A stretch of 64,000 nucleotides of DNA from Candidatus Woesearchaeota archaeon (GTDB lineage Archaea > Nanobdellota > Nanobdellia > Woesearchaeales > GW2011-AR4): positions 2,206 to 66,205 of the forward strand of contig JACPBQ010000002.1 of the NCBI GenBank assembly GCA_016180235.1. Reading direction: 5' to 3'. Position 1 is the stretch's first letter. Each line of letters opens with the position of its first letter. Shown here in pieces: positions 43,906 to 52,735 of the stretch. The notes beneath the pieces were generated by a model. The model did no database searches. It worked only from the letters and a program-made list of their open reading frames with translations, and was not told where the DNA came from. A program made the position numbers and the translations under genes.

Positions 43906-44808
43906 ATGCTTAATGTCAATTTATGCGGGATAAAGCTACGCAACCCGACTATTTTAGCTTCCGGGATTCTTGGGGTGACAAAAGAGTCTGTCAATAGAAT
44001 AGGAAAAAACGGAGCAGGAGCAGTAACATTAAAATCATTGTGCCACGAGGAAAGAAAAGGAAACGCAAATCCGACAATGTTTGGCTATGATGATGTTTTC
44101 TTCAATGCAGTTGGATTGCCGGGCCAGGGAATTGATAATGCGCTAAAGGACTTCAAGACTCTAAACAATCTAAGCATTCCTGTGATTGGCAGCATCTATG
44201 GCTACAGGATTGAGCATTTCGGCCAGGTAGCTAAAAAAATGGCTTCGTTAAGGCCCGCTATGATTGAGATAGACATTTCATGCCCTCACATGGATTATGG
44301 AAAGCCTTACTATGCTGATCCTGAATTGACTGCAAAAGTAACAAGGGAAGTAAAAAACAATGCAGGAAAAATCCCAGTAAGCGTCAAATTAAGCCCGAAT
44401 GTCTATGATATTAAGGAAATAGCAGTTGCAGCAGAAAAAGCAGGGGCAGATGCAATAACCGCAATCAACACAGCTACAGGCATGGCCATAGACATAGATG
44501 CAAGAAAGCCTGTATTGGCAAATAAAATTGGGGGAATTTCAGGCCCTGCTCTAAAGCCAATTGCTGTAAGATGCGTCTATGAAATCCATGAAGCAGTAAA
44601 AATCCCGATAATAGGCACTGGAGGAGTAACTTACGGCAAAGATGCGATTGAAATGGTAATGGCAGGAGCCACAGCAGTCGGCATTGGGACTGGAATTTAT
44701 TACAGAGGCCTGGATGTTTTCAAAAAAGTATGCGATGAGATGGAAGTATGGATGAAAAAGAACAGAATAAAGAATTTAGAGGAAATAAGGGGGATTGCGC
44801 ATAAATAA
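43906..44808 (+). CDS. pyrD: dihydroorotate dehydrogenase, class 1B catalytic subunit
   Basis: LKNPTILASGILG, VSVKLSPN, GADAITAINT, GTGGV. Followed by pyrK. Confidence 0.85.
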   Translation: MLNVNLCGIKLRNPTILASGILGVTKESVNRIGKNGAGAVTLKSLCHEERKGNANPTMFGYDDVFFNAVGLPGQGIDNALKDFKTLNNLSIPVIGSIYGYRIEHFGQVAKKMASLRPAMIEIDISCPHMDYGKPYYADPELTAKVTREVKNNAGKIPVSVKLSPNVYDIKEIAVAAEKAGADAITAINTATGMAIDIDARKPVLANKIGGISGPALKPIAVRCVYEIHEAVKIPIIGTGGVTYGKDAIEMVMAGATAVGIGTGIYYRGLDVFKKVCDEMEVWMKKNRIKNLEEIRGIAHK

Positions 44809-44809
44809 C

Positions 44810-45622
44810 ATGGAAAAAGACAATTGCTGCAGAACTGAAATCCCAAAAATAATGGAAATATTTAAAGTAGTGAATGAAGGCAAAGGCCAAAAATCTTTCT
44901 TTTTCAAAGGAAAAATCGATTCAAAGCCGGGGCAATTTGTCATGGTATGGCTTCCTGATGTTGATGAAAAGCCGATGGCAATATCATACTGGAATAAAAA
45001 TGAATTTGCCTTTACTTCACAGGTTGTCGGGAAATTTACAACATATTTAGACTCTTTGAAAAAAGGCGATAAAATCGGAATAAGGGGCCCTTACGGCAAT
45101 AATTTCTCGATTAAAGGCAATGCGTGCGTTGTAGCCGGAGGAGTAGGGGTGTCTTCTGTCTCAACTTTGATTGACTCATTGAAAAATCCGTTGATAATTT
45201 ACGGCGCAAGGACAAAACAGCATCTGATTTACTTAAAAAGGTACAAGAATAAAAAAATGCTCATAGCGACAGATGACGGCAGTCATGGAAGAAAAGGCTA
45301 TACAACGGATTTATTGAATGAAGTTCTAAGCAAAAATAGTAAAATAAAAATGGTCTATACCTGCGGCCCGGAAATAATGATGAAAAAAGTGTTAGATATA
45401 TGTAATAGTTATAAGATTGAATGCGAGGCTTCTGTTGAAAGAATGATGAAATGCGCGTATGGCGTTTGCGGAGCTTGCATGATTAACGACAAGATAGTCT
45501 GCATGGACGGCCCTGTTTTTAATTCAAAGCAGCTTAATGCAATGCCAGAATTCGGCAGTTTTGCAAGGGCAAAAACAGGAAAGAGAGTAAGTTTGCATGA
45601 ATACCATTCGATCCATTCATAA
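44810..45622 (+). CDS. pyrK: dihydroorotate dehydrogenase electron-transfer subunit
   Basis: FAD/NAD-binding fold (GGVGVSSV) and a C-terminal 2Fe-2S cluster CAYGVCGACM..C. I prefer the ATG at 44810 (1 nt after the pyrD stop) over the track TTG at 44795. Confidence 0.8.
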   Translation: MEKDNCCRTEIPKIMEIFKVVNEGKGQKSFFFKGKIDSKPGQFVMVWLPDVDEKPMAISYWNKNEFAFTSQVVGKFTTYLDSLKKGDKIGIRGPYGNNFSIKGNACVVAGGVGVSSVSTLIDSLKNPLIIYGARTKQHLIYLKRYKNKKMLIATDDGSHGRKGYTTDLLNEVLSKNSKIKMVYTCGPEIMMKKVLDICNSYKIECEASVERMMKCAYGVCGACMINDKIVCMDGPVFNSKQLNAMPEFGSFARAKTGKRVSLHEYHSIHS

Positions 45623-45624
45623 AA

Positions 45625-46824
45625 ATGTCATTATTAATAAAAAACGGGAAAATCTACCGGAATAGCAGTTTAACTAGAAAAAACATTTTCATAAAGCAAG
45701 GCAAAATAGCAAAAATCACTTCTCAAAATTTAAAGGCAGAAAAAATCATTGATGCCAAAAACAAGATAATAATACCCGGACTGATAGACTCCCACGTCCA
45801 TTTTCGCGAGCCCGGTGCAACGCACAAGGAAGACTTCCTTACCGGAAGCATGGCAGCGGCTGCAGGAGGAATAACAACCATACTGGATATGCCAAACACT
45901 AATCCGCCAACAACTGATTTGCAAAGGCTGGAGGAAAAAAGGCAATTGGCAAAAAAAAGCGTTGTAAATTATGGCTTCCATTTCGGCTCGACAGATGACA
46001 ATATTGCAGACATAGGGAAAGCAAAGAATGTAGCATCGGTAAAAGTCTATATGGACTTTACAACTGGCGACCTAAAGCTTGATGACTACGAAATTTTGAA
46101 AAAAATATTCACAAGCAACAAGACGGTAGCCGTTCACGGGGAAAATGAGAATATAATAAAGGCCCTGGAGCTCATACAGCATTCAAAAAATCATTTGTAT
46201 TTGTGCCATGTAAGCTCAAAGGAGGAATTGCATTATGCAAAGAGGCAAAAGATAAAAAATAAGGTTTTTGTTGAAACATGCCCGCATTATTTATTCCTCA
46301 CAGCCGGGGATATCAATGAGCTTGGAAACTTTGCGGAAATGAAGCCGGGATTAAAGACTAAAGAAGATCAAAAGGCATTATGGGAAGGCATCCATAACGG
46401 AAAAGTTGACACAATAGCCACAGATCATGCCCCACATACTAAAGAGGAGAAAATGCAGGCAAATTATCCTTATGGCGTGCCTGGCTGCGAGACCATGCTT
46501 CCATTGCTGTTAAATGCATTAAATGAAAAAAGAATAGAATTAAAAAAAATTGTGCAATTATGCTGCGAAAATCCCGCTGCTATATTCAAAATAAAAAACA
46601 AGGGCCGCATAAAAGAAGGGTATGATGCTGACTTAACTATTATTGATCTAGATTTAAAGAAAGAAGTAAAAAATGAAAATCTGCTTACAAAATGCAGATG
46701 GAGCCCGTTTGACAGCTGGAATCTGAAAGGCTGGCCTGTTATGACAGTAGTCAACGGCAATGTAATATTCAGCAATGGAAAGATTAATAATATAAAAGCC
46801 AAAGAGGTCCAATACCATGAATAA
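45625..46824 (+). CDS. pyrC: dihydroorotase
   Basis: PGLIDSHVHFREPG (HxH metal site), TDHAPH. Confidence 0.85.
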   Translation: MSLLIKNGKIYRNSSLTRKNIFIKQGKIAKITSQNLKAEKIIDAKNKIIIPGLIDSHVHFREPGATHKEDFLTGSMAAAAGGITTILDMPNTNPPTTDLQRLEEKRQLAKKSVVNYGFHFGSTDDNIADIGKAKNVASVKVYMDFTTGDLKLDDYEILKKIFTSNKTVAVHGENENIIKALELIQHSKNHLYLCHVSSKEELHYAKRQKIKNKVFVETCPHYLFLTAGDINELGNFAEMKPGLKTKEDQKALWEGIHNGKVDTIATDHAPHTKEEKMQANYPYGVPGCETMLPLLLNALNEKRIELKKIVQLCCENPAAIFKIKNKGRIKEGYDADLTIIDLDLKKEVKNENLLTKCRWSPFDSWNLKGWPVMTVVNGNVIFSNGKINNIKAKEVQYHE

Positions 46825-47443
46825 GGAAGAGACAGCAAAAAACTTGCTGAAAATAAAAGCAGTTACTTTAAGGACTAATCCGCCTTACAAGTGGGTATCC
46901 GGCATTTTGGCCCCTGTCTACACGGACAACAGGCTCCTGATGTCTTATCCAAAAGAAAGGGAAGAAGTAGTGGATAGTTTTGTAAAAGCAATAAAGGACA
47001 ACAAAATAAAAGTTGATGTTGTAGCAGGAATTGCAACCTCCGGAATTCCTTGGGCTGCATGGGTTGCTGAAAAACTAAAAATTCCAATGGTCTACATAAG
47101 GAAAAAATCCAAAGACCACGGGAAGGAAAATCTGATTGAAGGCAAGCTTGAAAAGGGAAATAATGTTGCCATAATAGAAGATCTTATCTCCACAGGAGGC
47201 TCATCAATAAATGGTGTGGAAGCTGTCAGGCATGCAGGATGCAAAGTGGGTTATTGCCTCGCTATCTTTACATATGAGCTAGAAAAAGCCAAAAAGTCAT
47301 TTGAAAAAGCCAAAGTCAAGCTGATTACGCTGACAAATTTTTCAACCCTTGTTAATGTTGCAGTAAAGCAAGATTATTTGAATGAAAGTGACAGGGAAAA
47401 TGTCCTTGAATGGGCAAAAAATCCTGAAAAATGGGGAAGATAA
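46817..47443 (+). CDS. pyrE: orotate phosphoribosyltransferase
   Basis: PRPP-binding loop VAIIEDLISTGGS. Overlaps the pyrC stop. Confidence 0.85.
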   Translation: MNKEETAKNLLKIKAVTLRTNPPYKWVSGILAPVYTDNRLLMSYPKEREEVVDSFVKAIKDNKIKVDVVAGIATSGIPWAAWVAEKLKIPMVYIRKKSKDHGKENLIEGKLEKGNNVAIIEDLISTGGSSINGVEAVRHAGCKVGYCLAIFTYELEKAKKSFEKAKVKLITLTNFSTLVNVAVKQDYLNESDRENVLEWAKNPEKWGR

Positions 47444-47519
47444 GATGTCCATTACGAAAAAGCCAATAATAAAAATAACAATAAAAAATAATCAAAAATA
47501 AATAAAACAATAATAAAAA

Positions 47520-48221
47520 ATGACCATAATAAAAACCAATAAAAGCATAATCCCAAGCTGTGATGTCCCTGATTTGGAAAGGTTAAAAGTTCTTGTCAAG
47601 GAAACCTGTTCTGTAAAGGGTATAGGAGCCTATAAGATAGGATTGGAACTAGGCCTAAAATATGGCATTCCAACAACAGTAAAAACAATCAGGAGATATA
47701 CTAAATTACCTATCATCTACGACCATCAAAAAGCCGGCAATGATATTCCGGAATTAGGAGAAAAATTTGCAAAATCTGTTAAAGGGGTCAATGCAGTGAT
47801 ATTATTCCCTTTCACAGGCCCAGAAACAGAAAAAGCATGGATAAAAGCATGCAGAAACGCAAAGCTCGGAGTTATAGTTGGCGGCGAGATGACCCACAAG
47901 GGATTTTCCGAAGAGGAAGGAGGCTTTATCAGCAACAAGGAATCATTGAAAATCTATGAGATTGCTGCAAAAGAAGGCATTAAGGATTTCGTAGTTCCTG
48001 GCAACAAGCCGGAGAAAATAAGGCTGTACAGGGCATTTTTGGAGGCCCGCGGCATTAAGCCTGTATTCTATTCCCCGGGATTGATTACTCAAGGAGGCAA
48101 CATAACAGAAAGCGCAAAAGCCGCAGGAAAAAGCTGGCATGCAATAGTGGGAAGAGCATTATACGAAGCTAAAAATATGAATAAGGCTGCTAAAGAGATG
48201 GTAAGGATTTTAATGCAATAA
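47520..48221 (+). CDS. pyrF: orotidine 5'-phosphate decarboxylase
   Basis: Aligns by eye with M. thermautotrophicus ODCase: IIYDHQKAGNDIPELGEKF versus IIADFKVADIPETNEKI, VVPGNKPEKI versus VGPSTRPERL, SPGLITQGG versus SPGVGAQGG, AIVGRALY versus IIVGRSIY. Confidence 0.7.
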   Translation: MTIIKTNKSIIPSCDVPDLERLKVLVKETCSVKGIGAYKIGLELGLKYGIPTTVKTIRRYTKLPIIYDHQKAGNDIPELGEKFAKSVKGVNAVILFPFTGPETEKAWIKACRNAKLGVIVGGEMTHKGFSEEEGGFISNKESLKIYEIAAKEGIKDFVVPGNKPEKIRLYRAFLEARGIKPVFYSPGLITQGGNITESAKAAGKSWHAIVGRALYEAKNMNKAAKEMVRILMQ

Positions 48222-48257
48222 TAAAAGTTTAAATAATGATTGATAACTCTTTCTTCC

Positions 48258-48797
48258 ATGAAAATCTCAGTATGCGGCGCAAGCGATGGCGCGAATAACG
48301 ATGAAATAAGGAAAAAAGCCTTTGAAATCGGCAAAGCCCTCGCAGAGAGCAATGTTTTAGTCCTGACAGGCGCAACTTACGGCTATCCTCATGCAGCCGC
48401 AAAAGGCGCTTTTTCCAATAACGGAAAGGTCATGGGAATAAGCCCTGCCAAGGATGAAAAAGAGCATATTAACAAATATAAATTCCCGACTGATAGCCAT
48501 ACTCAAATAGAATTTACAGGCCTGGGCATACCGGGAAGAAATTACCCGCTAGTCAAAGAAGGGGGTGCTGTAATCATAATTTCAGGCCAAATCGGCACTT
48601 TAAATGAGTTTACCATGGCCTTCCATGCAAATAAGCCAATAGGCATACTAAAAGACTCTGGCGGCATAACGGATATTATAGAAAAAATAGCCGAAATCTG
48701 CAACAAGAGCGATGAAAAGGAAAACATTGTTTATTCTGATGATCCAAAAGAGCTGGTGCAGCTGGTTATAGATAAATTAAAAAACAGCGCAAAATAA
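48258..48797 (+). CDS. TIGR00725 / LOG-like (SLOG) Rossmann-fold protein
   Basis: KISVCGAS.., VLTGATYGYPHAAAKGA, GGAVIIISGQIGTLNEF. TATA-like aagtttaaataatg 27 nt upstream of the ATG at 48258. Confidence 0.6.
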   Translation: MKISVCGASDGANNDEIRKKAFEIGKALAESNVLVLTGATYGYPHAAAKGAFSNNGKVMGISPAKDEKEHINKYKFPTDSHTQIEFTGLGIPGRNYPLVKEGGAVIIISGQIGTLNEFTMAFHANKPIGILKDSGGITDIIEKIAEICNKSDEKENIVYSDDPKELVQLVIDKLKNSAK

Positions 48798-48809
48798 CGT
48801 TTTCTTTAT

Positions 48810-48953
48810 GGGCCCGTGGTCTAATCCGGCATGACGTTTCCTTCGCAGGGAAAAGACTCCGGGATGCTCGAAATTAGTTTTTCGGCACGGAAATTCAAAT
48901 ATCCCAGAGGGAGACTGCAAATCCATTGGGTTTTGAGAGTCCCGGCGGGTCCA
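48810..48953 (+). tRNA. tRNA-Ala(CGC) with two insertions flanking the T-loop
   Basis: GGGCCCG/CGGGTCC acceptor with G3:U70 (alanine identity pair). D-arm GTC-TAATCCGGCAT-GAC. Anticodon arm TTTCC-TTCGCAG-GGAAA. T-stem CCGGG(48859-63)/CCCGG(48941-45). TTCAAAT at 48894-48900. Insertions of 30 and 40 nt, and 74+70=144 nt. Confidence 0.75.
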
Positions 48954-48967
48954 TTTCAATTTCAAAA

Positions 48968-50164
48968 ATGCCAGCCTGCAAATCAGTTTATGAGCCAAGG
49001 GAAGACAGCACTATGCTGGAAAAGCATGTCAGAAAGCATGCTAACGGCCAGGTTTTGGACATGGGCACCGGCTCTGGGATACAGGCAATAACAGCCACTT
49101 ACAACAATAACGTAAAATCAGTAATAGCATTGGATATACAAGAAGAGGTTATTGAGCATTGCAAAAAAAACATTGTTAACGATAAAATAAGTTTTTTGAT
49201 TTCCGACTTGTTTGAAATATTTAAAAAAAACAAATCATTGAAAAATAAAAGGTTTGACACAATAATTTTCAACCCCCCTTACCTACCGGAAGACATCAAG
49301 CTGAAAGACCTGACATTGGACGGGGGAAAAAAAGGCTATGAGGTCATTGAAAGATTCATAAACAATGCAGGCAATTATCTAAAAAAAGACGGGATAATCC
49401 TTATTGTTTTCTCTTCCCTGACAAAAAAGGATAAAGTTGAGGAATTCATAAGAAACAACTTGTTTGAATTTGAATTATTGGAAAAAAAGGTTTATTTCTT
49501 CGAGCAATTGTACGTTTACAAGCTAAAAAAATCAGACATATCAAAAAAATTAGACAGCAATGGCATAAAAAATATAAGGTATTTCTCAAAAGGAAAACGA
49601 GGATTCATATTCACAGGCACTTTAAAAAACAAAAAAATTGCAGTTAAGATAAAAAACCCAAAAAGCGATGCAGTTTTAAGGATAGAAAACGAGATAAAAT
49701 TCCTGAAATTGCTGAATAAAAAGAAAATCGGGCCTAAATTATTGTTTTCTGGCAATGATTTTCTTGCTTATGAATTTGCTGATGGCGTTGCATTTATAGA
49801 TTTCTTGGAAAACAAAAAAAATGATAAAAAAATAGCATTAAGGATAATAAAAAGCATTTTTGGGCAATTATTTGAGATGGATAAGCTAAAAATCAACAAA
49901 GAGGAGATGTCGCATCCGCAAAAGCATATTATCATAAGCAATAAAAACAGGCCCGTATTACTGGACTTCGAGAGAGCCCATCATGTTAAGAATCCCGGCA
50001 ATGTCACCCAGTTTTGCGATTTTTTGATATCGAAAAAAATAGCGAATATGCTGAAAAAGGGCAATATTGGGATAAATAGGGTGAAAATGATAAAAGCTGC
50101 TAAAAAATACAAGAAAAATCAGAATAAAGTAAACTTTATGAATATTATTAAGGAGCTAAGATGA
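48968..50164 (+). CDS. fusion protein: Mtq2/HemK-like glutamine-N5 methyltransferase plus Bud32/RIO-like atypical kinase domain
   Basis: N-half: VYEPREDSTML, VLDMGTGSGI, IIFNPPYLP (NPPY). C-half: GKRGFIFTG..KIAVKIK (P-loop plus Lys), AYEFADGV, HPQKHIII..PVLLDFERA (catalytic or DFG-like). ATG at 48968, 15 nt after the tRNA-Ala 3' end. Confidence 0.7.
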   Translation: MPACKSVYEPREDSTMLEKHVRKHANGQVLDMGTGSGIQAITATYNNNVKSVIALDIQEEVIEHCKKNIVNDKISFLISDLFEIFKKNKSLKNKRFDTIIFNPPYLPEDIKLKDLTLDGGKKGYEVIERFINNAGNYLKKDGIILIVFSSLTKKDKVEEFIRNNLFEFELLEKKVYFFEQLYVYKLKKSDISKKLDSNGIKNIRYFSKGKRGFIFTGTLKNKKIAVKIKNPKSDAVLRIENEIKFLKLLNKKKIGPKLLFSGNDFLAYEFADGVAFIDFLENKKNDKKIALRIIKSIFGQLFEMDKLKINKEEMSHPQKHIIISNKNRPVLLDFERAHHVKNPGNVTQFCDFLISKKIANMLKKGNIGINRVKMIKAAKKYKKNQNKVNFMNIIKELR

Positions 50165-50583
50165 TTAAAAAAGCTGTTTTAGTGGGGATTGTTGCCATAA
50201 CTTTCGCTGCGCTTGCTTCAGATACCGCAATAAGCCTAAACAACTGTGCTGAATATCGCTATCAGGATGGAAATGAGCAGCAAGCCCAAAAATTTGTTGG
50301 AGGCAAATGCTTTTACTATTATGCAAATGATTCTAAACAAGAATTATTGATTTATGAGCCTCAACAAAAGCAGCAGAACATAGGAACTCTAACCGAAATT
50401 GTGCTGGATAACCTGACTGGGCAGATTGATATTAGCAGGCATGCTGTCAAAGACCTTAGAAACGGGCCGCATCCAGATGACGCCAATTATGAGTTTATTC
50501 ATGAAATTCCAATTGGTGCAAATGAAAAAAGTCTTTTTATCCAGTTGTTCCAAATGTATTTAAAGAAACTCAGCCTCATCTAA
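50161..50583 (+). CDS. hypothetical secreted or membrane-anchored protein (140 aa)
   Basis: N-terminal hydrophobic segment AVLVGIVAITFAALA. ATGA overlap and AAGGAG RBS couple it to the upstream fusion gene. Confidence 0.5.
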   Translation: MIKKAVLVGIVAITFAALASDTAISLNNCAEYRYQDGNEQQAQKFVGGKCFYYYANDSKQELLIYEPQQKQQNIGTLTEIVLDNLTGQIDISRHAVKDLRNGPHPDDANYEFIHEIPIGANEKSLFIQLFQMYLKKLSLI

Positions 50584-50599
50584 AGAGCAGAAGCATAAA

Positions 50600-50905
50600 A
50601 TGCCGACAAAATTCCAAAACAAGGTTTATGAACTGTGCAAAAAAGTGCCAAAAGGAAAGGTTACAACCTATAAGGCGATAGCACAAGCAATGAACTCGAA
50701 GGCATACAGGGCAGTAGGGCAGGCATTAAATAAAAACCCCTATGCTCCCAAAGTCCCATGTCATCGTGTAGTCAATTCTCAGGGCCATTTGCATGGTTTT
50801 GCCCATGGATTAAAAAAGAAAGCCGAGATGTTGAGGAAGGAAGGGATTAAAATCAAAAATAATAAAATTATTGATAAAAAAACAATAATAAGAAAAATAA
50901 AATAA
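50600..50905 (+). CDS. MGMT-family protein (methylated-DNA-protein-cysteine methyltransferase DNA-binding/active-site domain only)
   Basis: VPKGKVTTYKAIA..., active-site PCHRVV. Only 101 aa, so the N-terminal domain is missing. Confidence 0.8.
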   Translation: MPTKFQNKVYELCKKVPKGKVTTYKAIAQAMNSKAYRAVGQALNKNPYAPKVPCHRVVNSQGHLHGFAHGLKKKAEMLRKEGIKIKNNKIIDKKTIIRKIK

Positions 50906-50910
50906 AGAGA

Positions 50911-51840
50911 TTACTTCCTCTTCTTCCCTTTCTTCTTTTTCTTGATTTCCTTGTCCAGATCAAGCTCGTCAAGAAGTTCCTTATAGCGGTTCCTGATTGT
51001 GACTTCTGTAACTCCGGCTACATCAGCAACTTCCCTTTGGGTTCTTTTCTCCCCGTGCAATAAGGCAGATACATACAAAGCGGCAGCCGCAATACCGGTA
51101 GGGCCTCTTCCTGAAGTCAACTCAGCTTTTTGGGCCTTTTCAAGAATTTCAATTGCATTGCTTTGTGACTCTGCACTCAATTTCAGGCTTGAAGCGAACC
51201 TTGCTATGTAATCAGCCGGGTTTGAAGGCAAAATTGTAATTCCTAGCTCTCTTGTGACAAACCTGTAAGTCCTTCCGATTTCTTTCTTCTCAATCCCGGA
51301 AGCCTCTGAAAGCTCATCTAAAGTACGAGGAACATCATGCCTTCTGCAGGCAGCATATAAAGCCCCCGCAACTACAGATTCCATGCTCCTTCCCCTCACC
51401 AAGCCTCTTTGAACAGCTAAAGTGTAAATTCTTGCTGATTCCTCTTCAACAGATTTAGGCAATTTAAGGTAAGAGCTTACCCTCTTAAGCTCAGCTAAAG
51501 CCAGTTTCAGGTTTCTTTCTATTGCTGTAGAAATCCTGTACTGCCATTTCCTTAATCTGAAGAATTTGTTCCTCTCTTTCCCGCCTAATTTAAACAAATC
51601 AGCTTTCTGGCCAACTTCTGTGCCTAAGCCATGATCATACTGGGTGTAAGTCATAGGGGCTCCTGCCCTTCTCCTTGCTTCTCCGCCTTCAGAATCAAAC
51701 TCGCGCCATTCCTGCGTGAAGTCAACCATCTTCTCTTCTATGACTAGGCCGCAATCTTTGCAGATTATCTCCCCGCGCTCCTTGTTCCAGTTAAGGTTTA
51801 TTCCGCCGCATTCAGGGCATTTCTTGACTAATTCTGGCAT
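50911..51840 (-). CDS. tfb: transcription initiation factor IIB (TFB)
   Basis: Zn ribbon CPECGG..CKDCG, two cyclin-like repeats, HTH TQREVADVAGVTEVTIRNRYKEL, lysine-rich C-terminal tail KKKKKGKKRK. GGAGGT RBS. Confidence 0.9.
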   Translation of the reverse strand: MPELVKKCPECGGINLNWNKERGEIICKDCGLVIEEKMVDFTQEWREFDSEGGEARRRAGAPMTYTQYDHGLGTEVGQKADLFKLGGKERNKFFRLRKWQYRISTAIERNLKLALAELKRVSSYLKLPKSVEEESARIYTLAVQRGLVRGRSMESVVAGALYAACRRHDVPRTLDELSEASGIEKKEIGRTYRFVTRELGITILPSNPADYIARFASSLKLSAESQSNAIEILEKAQKAELTSGRGPTGIAAAALYVSALLHGEKRTQREVADVAGVTEVTIRNRYKELLDELDLDKEIKKKKKGKKRK

Positions 51841-52019
51841 TTTAACCTCCGATAACTATGCTTATTTTTATCATAAATTTAATATACATCCACCCCTTTA
51901 GACAAATTAATTATGTAATATAGTAATCAAAGCATAACAATATTTATAAAGAGTAAACGCCATTACTATATAAACCTTTCGATTACTATATAAAAATCGC
52001 CAAAAAACAAAGCCTTATC

Positions 52020-52202
52020 ATGATGAAAGACTCAATTCCAAAGGATTTGTTCGATATTCTGGCCTGTCCGCTCTGCAGAGCTGATTTAAGGTATTCCAAA
52101 GACAAAAAACAGCTTATCTGTGTCAAATGCAGCCAGAAATACCCAATAAAGGAAGGAATACCCCTCTTATTGCCCCCTAAACAGGCAAAAGGGAATAAAT
52201 AG
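52020..52202 (+). CDS. Trm112-family zinc-ribbon protein
   Basis: DILACPLCRADL..LICVKCSQKYPIKEGIPLLL matches the Trm112/UPF0434 pattern. Confidence 0.7.
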   Translation: MMKDSIPKDLFDILACPLCRADLRYSKDKKQLICVKCSQKYPIKEGIPLLLPPKQAKGNK

Positions 52203-52293
52203 GGATTTAATTCTGGGATTTTATATTCTTGAAGTTGATTTGGTATATTATGCGAAAACTATTTAATCGGCCGTAATTTTATACTCTTTTTAT

Positions 52294-52513
52294 GCCGACG
52301 TCGCATAACCTGGCATTGCGGTGGCCTTGAGAGCCACTTCCCGTAAGGGTATCTCGGTCAGCTTTTTTGCTTGCGCAAAAAACCTGGGAAAAACAGGGAA
52401 TTCCTCGTTTTTGCCCGGAATTCAAATTGCAGAGTAAGCAAATAGCTGGAGAAATTCAAATATCCCAGAGGGCAGCTAAAATCCCTCGGGATTTGGGAGT
52501 CCGGGCGTCGGCG
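52294..52513 (+). tRNA. tRNA-Ser(UGA), class II, with two insertions around the T-loop
   Basis: Acceptor GCCGACG/CGTCGGC, discriminator G. D-arm GCA-TAACCTGGCAT-TGC. Anticodon arm GTGGC-CTTGAGA-GCCAC. Long variable arm (CCC-gtaa-GGG). T-stem 3' CCGGG (52501-05). TTCAAAT at 52455-61. Insertions of about 97 and 39 nt. Confidence 0.7.
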
Positions 52514-52581
52514 TCATTACTTTTAGTAGTTATAAATCTTAAATAATTTTAATTGCCATATCTTTAGAATTAAAGGTATAA

Positions 52582-52734
52582 TCAAATTTCGACAACTAAC
52601 TTCTCATTCTTATGCTTGCTTCTAAAATGAGCTTCCAATGACTTAACATACTTTCTGCAATAAGGGCATTTGCCTTCTGTAGAGGGATCATTCAGCTTAG
52701 CAGGATTATGCCACCCTCTTTTTGCTCTTATCAT
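52582..52734 (-). CDS. small C2H2-type zinc-finger protein (50 aa)
   Basis: Below the track cutoff. In MIRAKRGWHNPAKLNDPSTEGKCPYCRKYVKSLEAHFRSKHKNEKLVVEI, the segment CPYC-x12-H-x4-H is a classical C2H2 spacing. The start is 1 nt after the stop of the upstream surface-protein gene. Confidence 0.45.
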   Translation of the reverse strand: MIRAKRGWHNPAKLNDPSTEGKCPYCRKYVKSLEAHFRSKHKNEKLVVEI

Positions 52735-52735
52735 C

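Noticed and set aside
48831-49091. 86-aa ORF, and the TTG-initiated extension (48926-48967) of the methyltransferase-kinase gene.
   Set aside because: Both overlap the tRNA-Ala gene. The methyltransferase homology starts right after the ATG at 48968.
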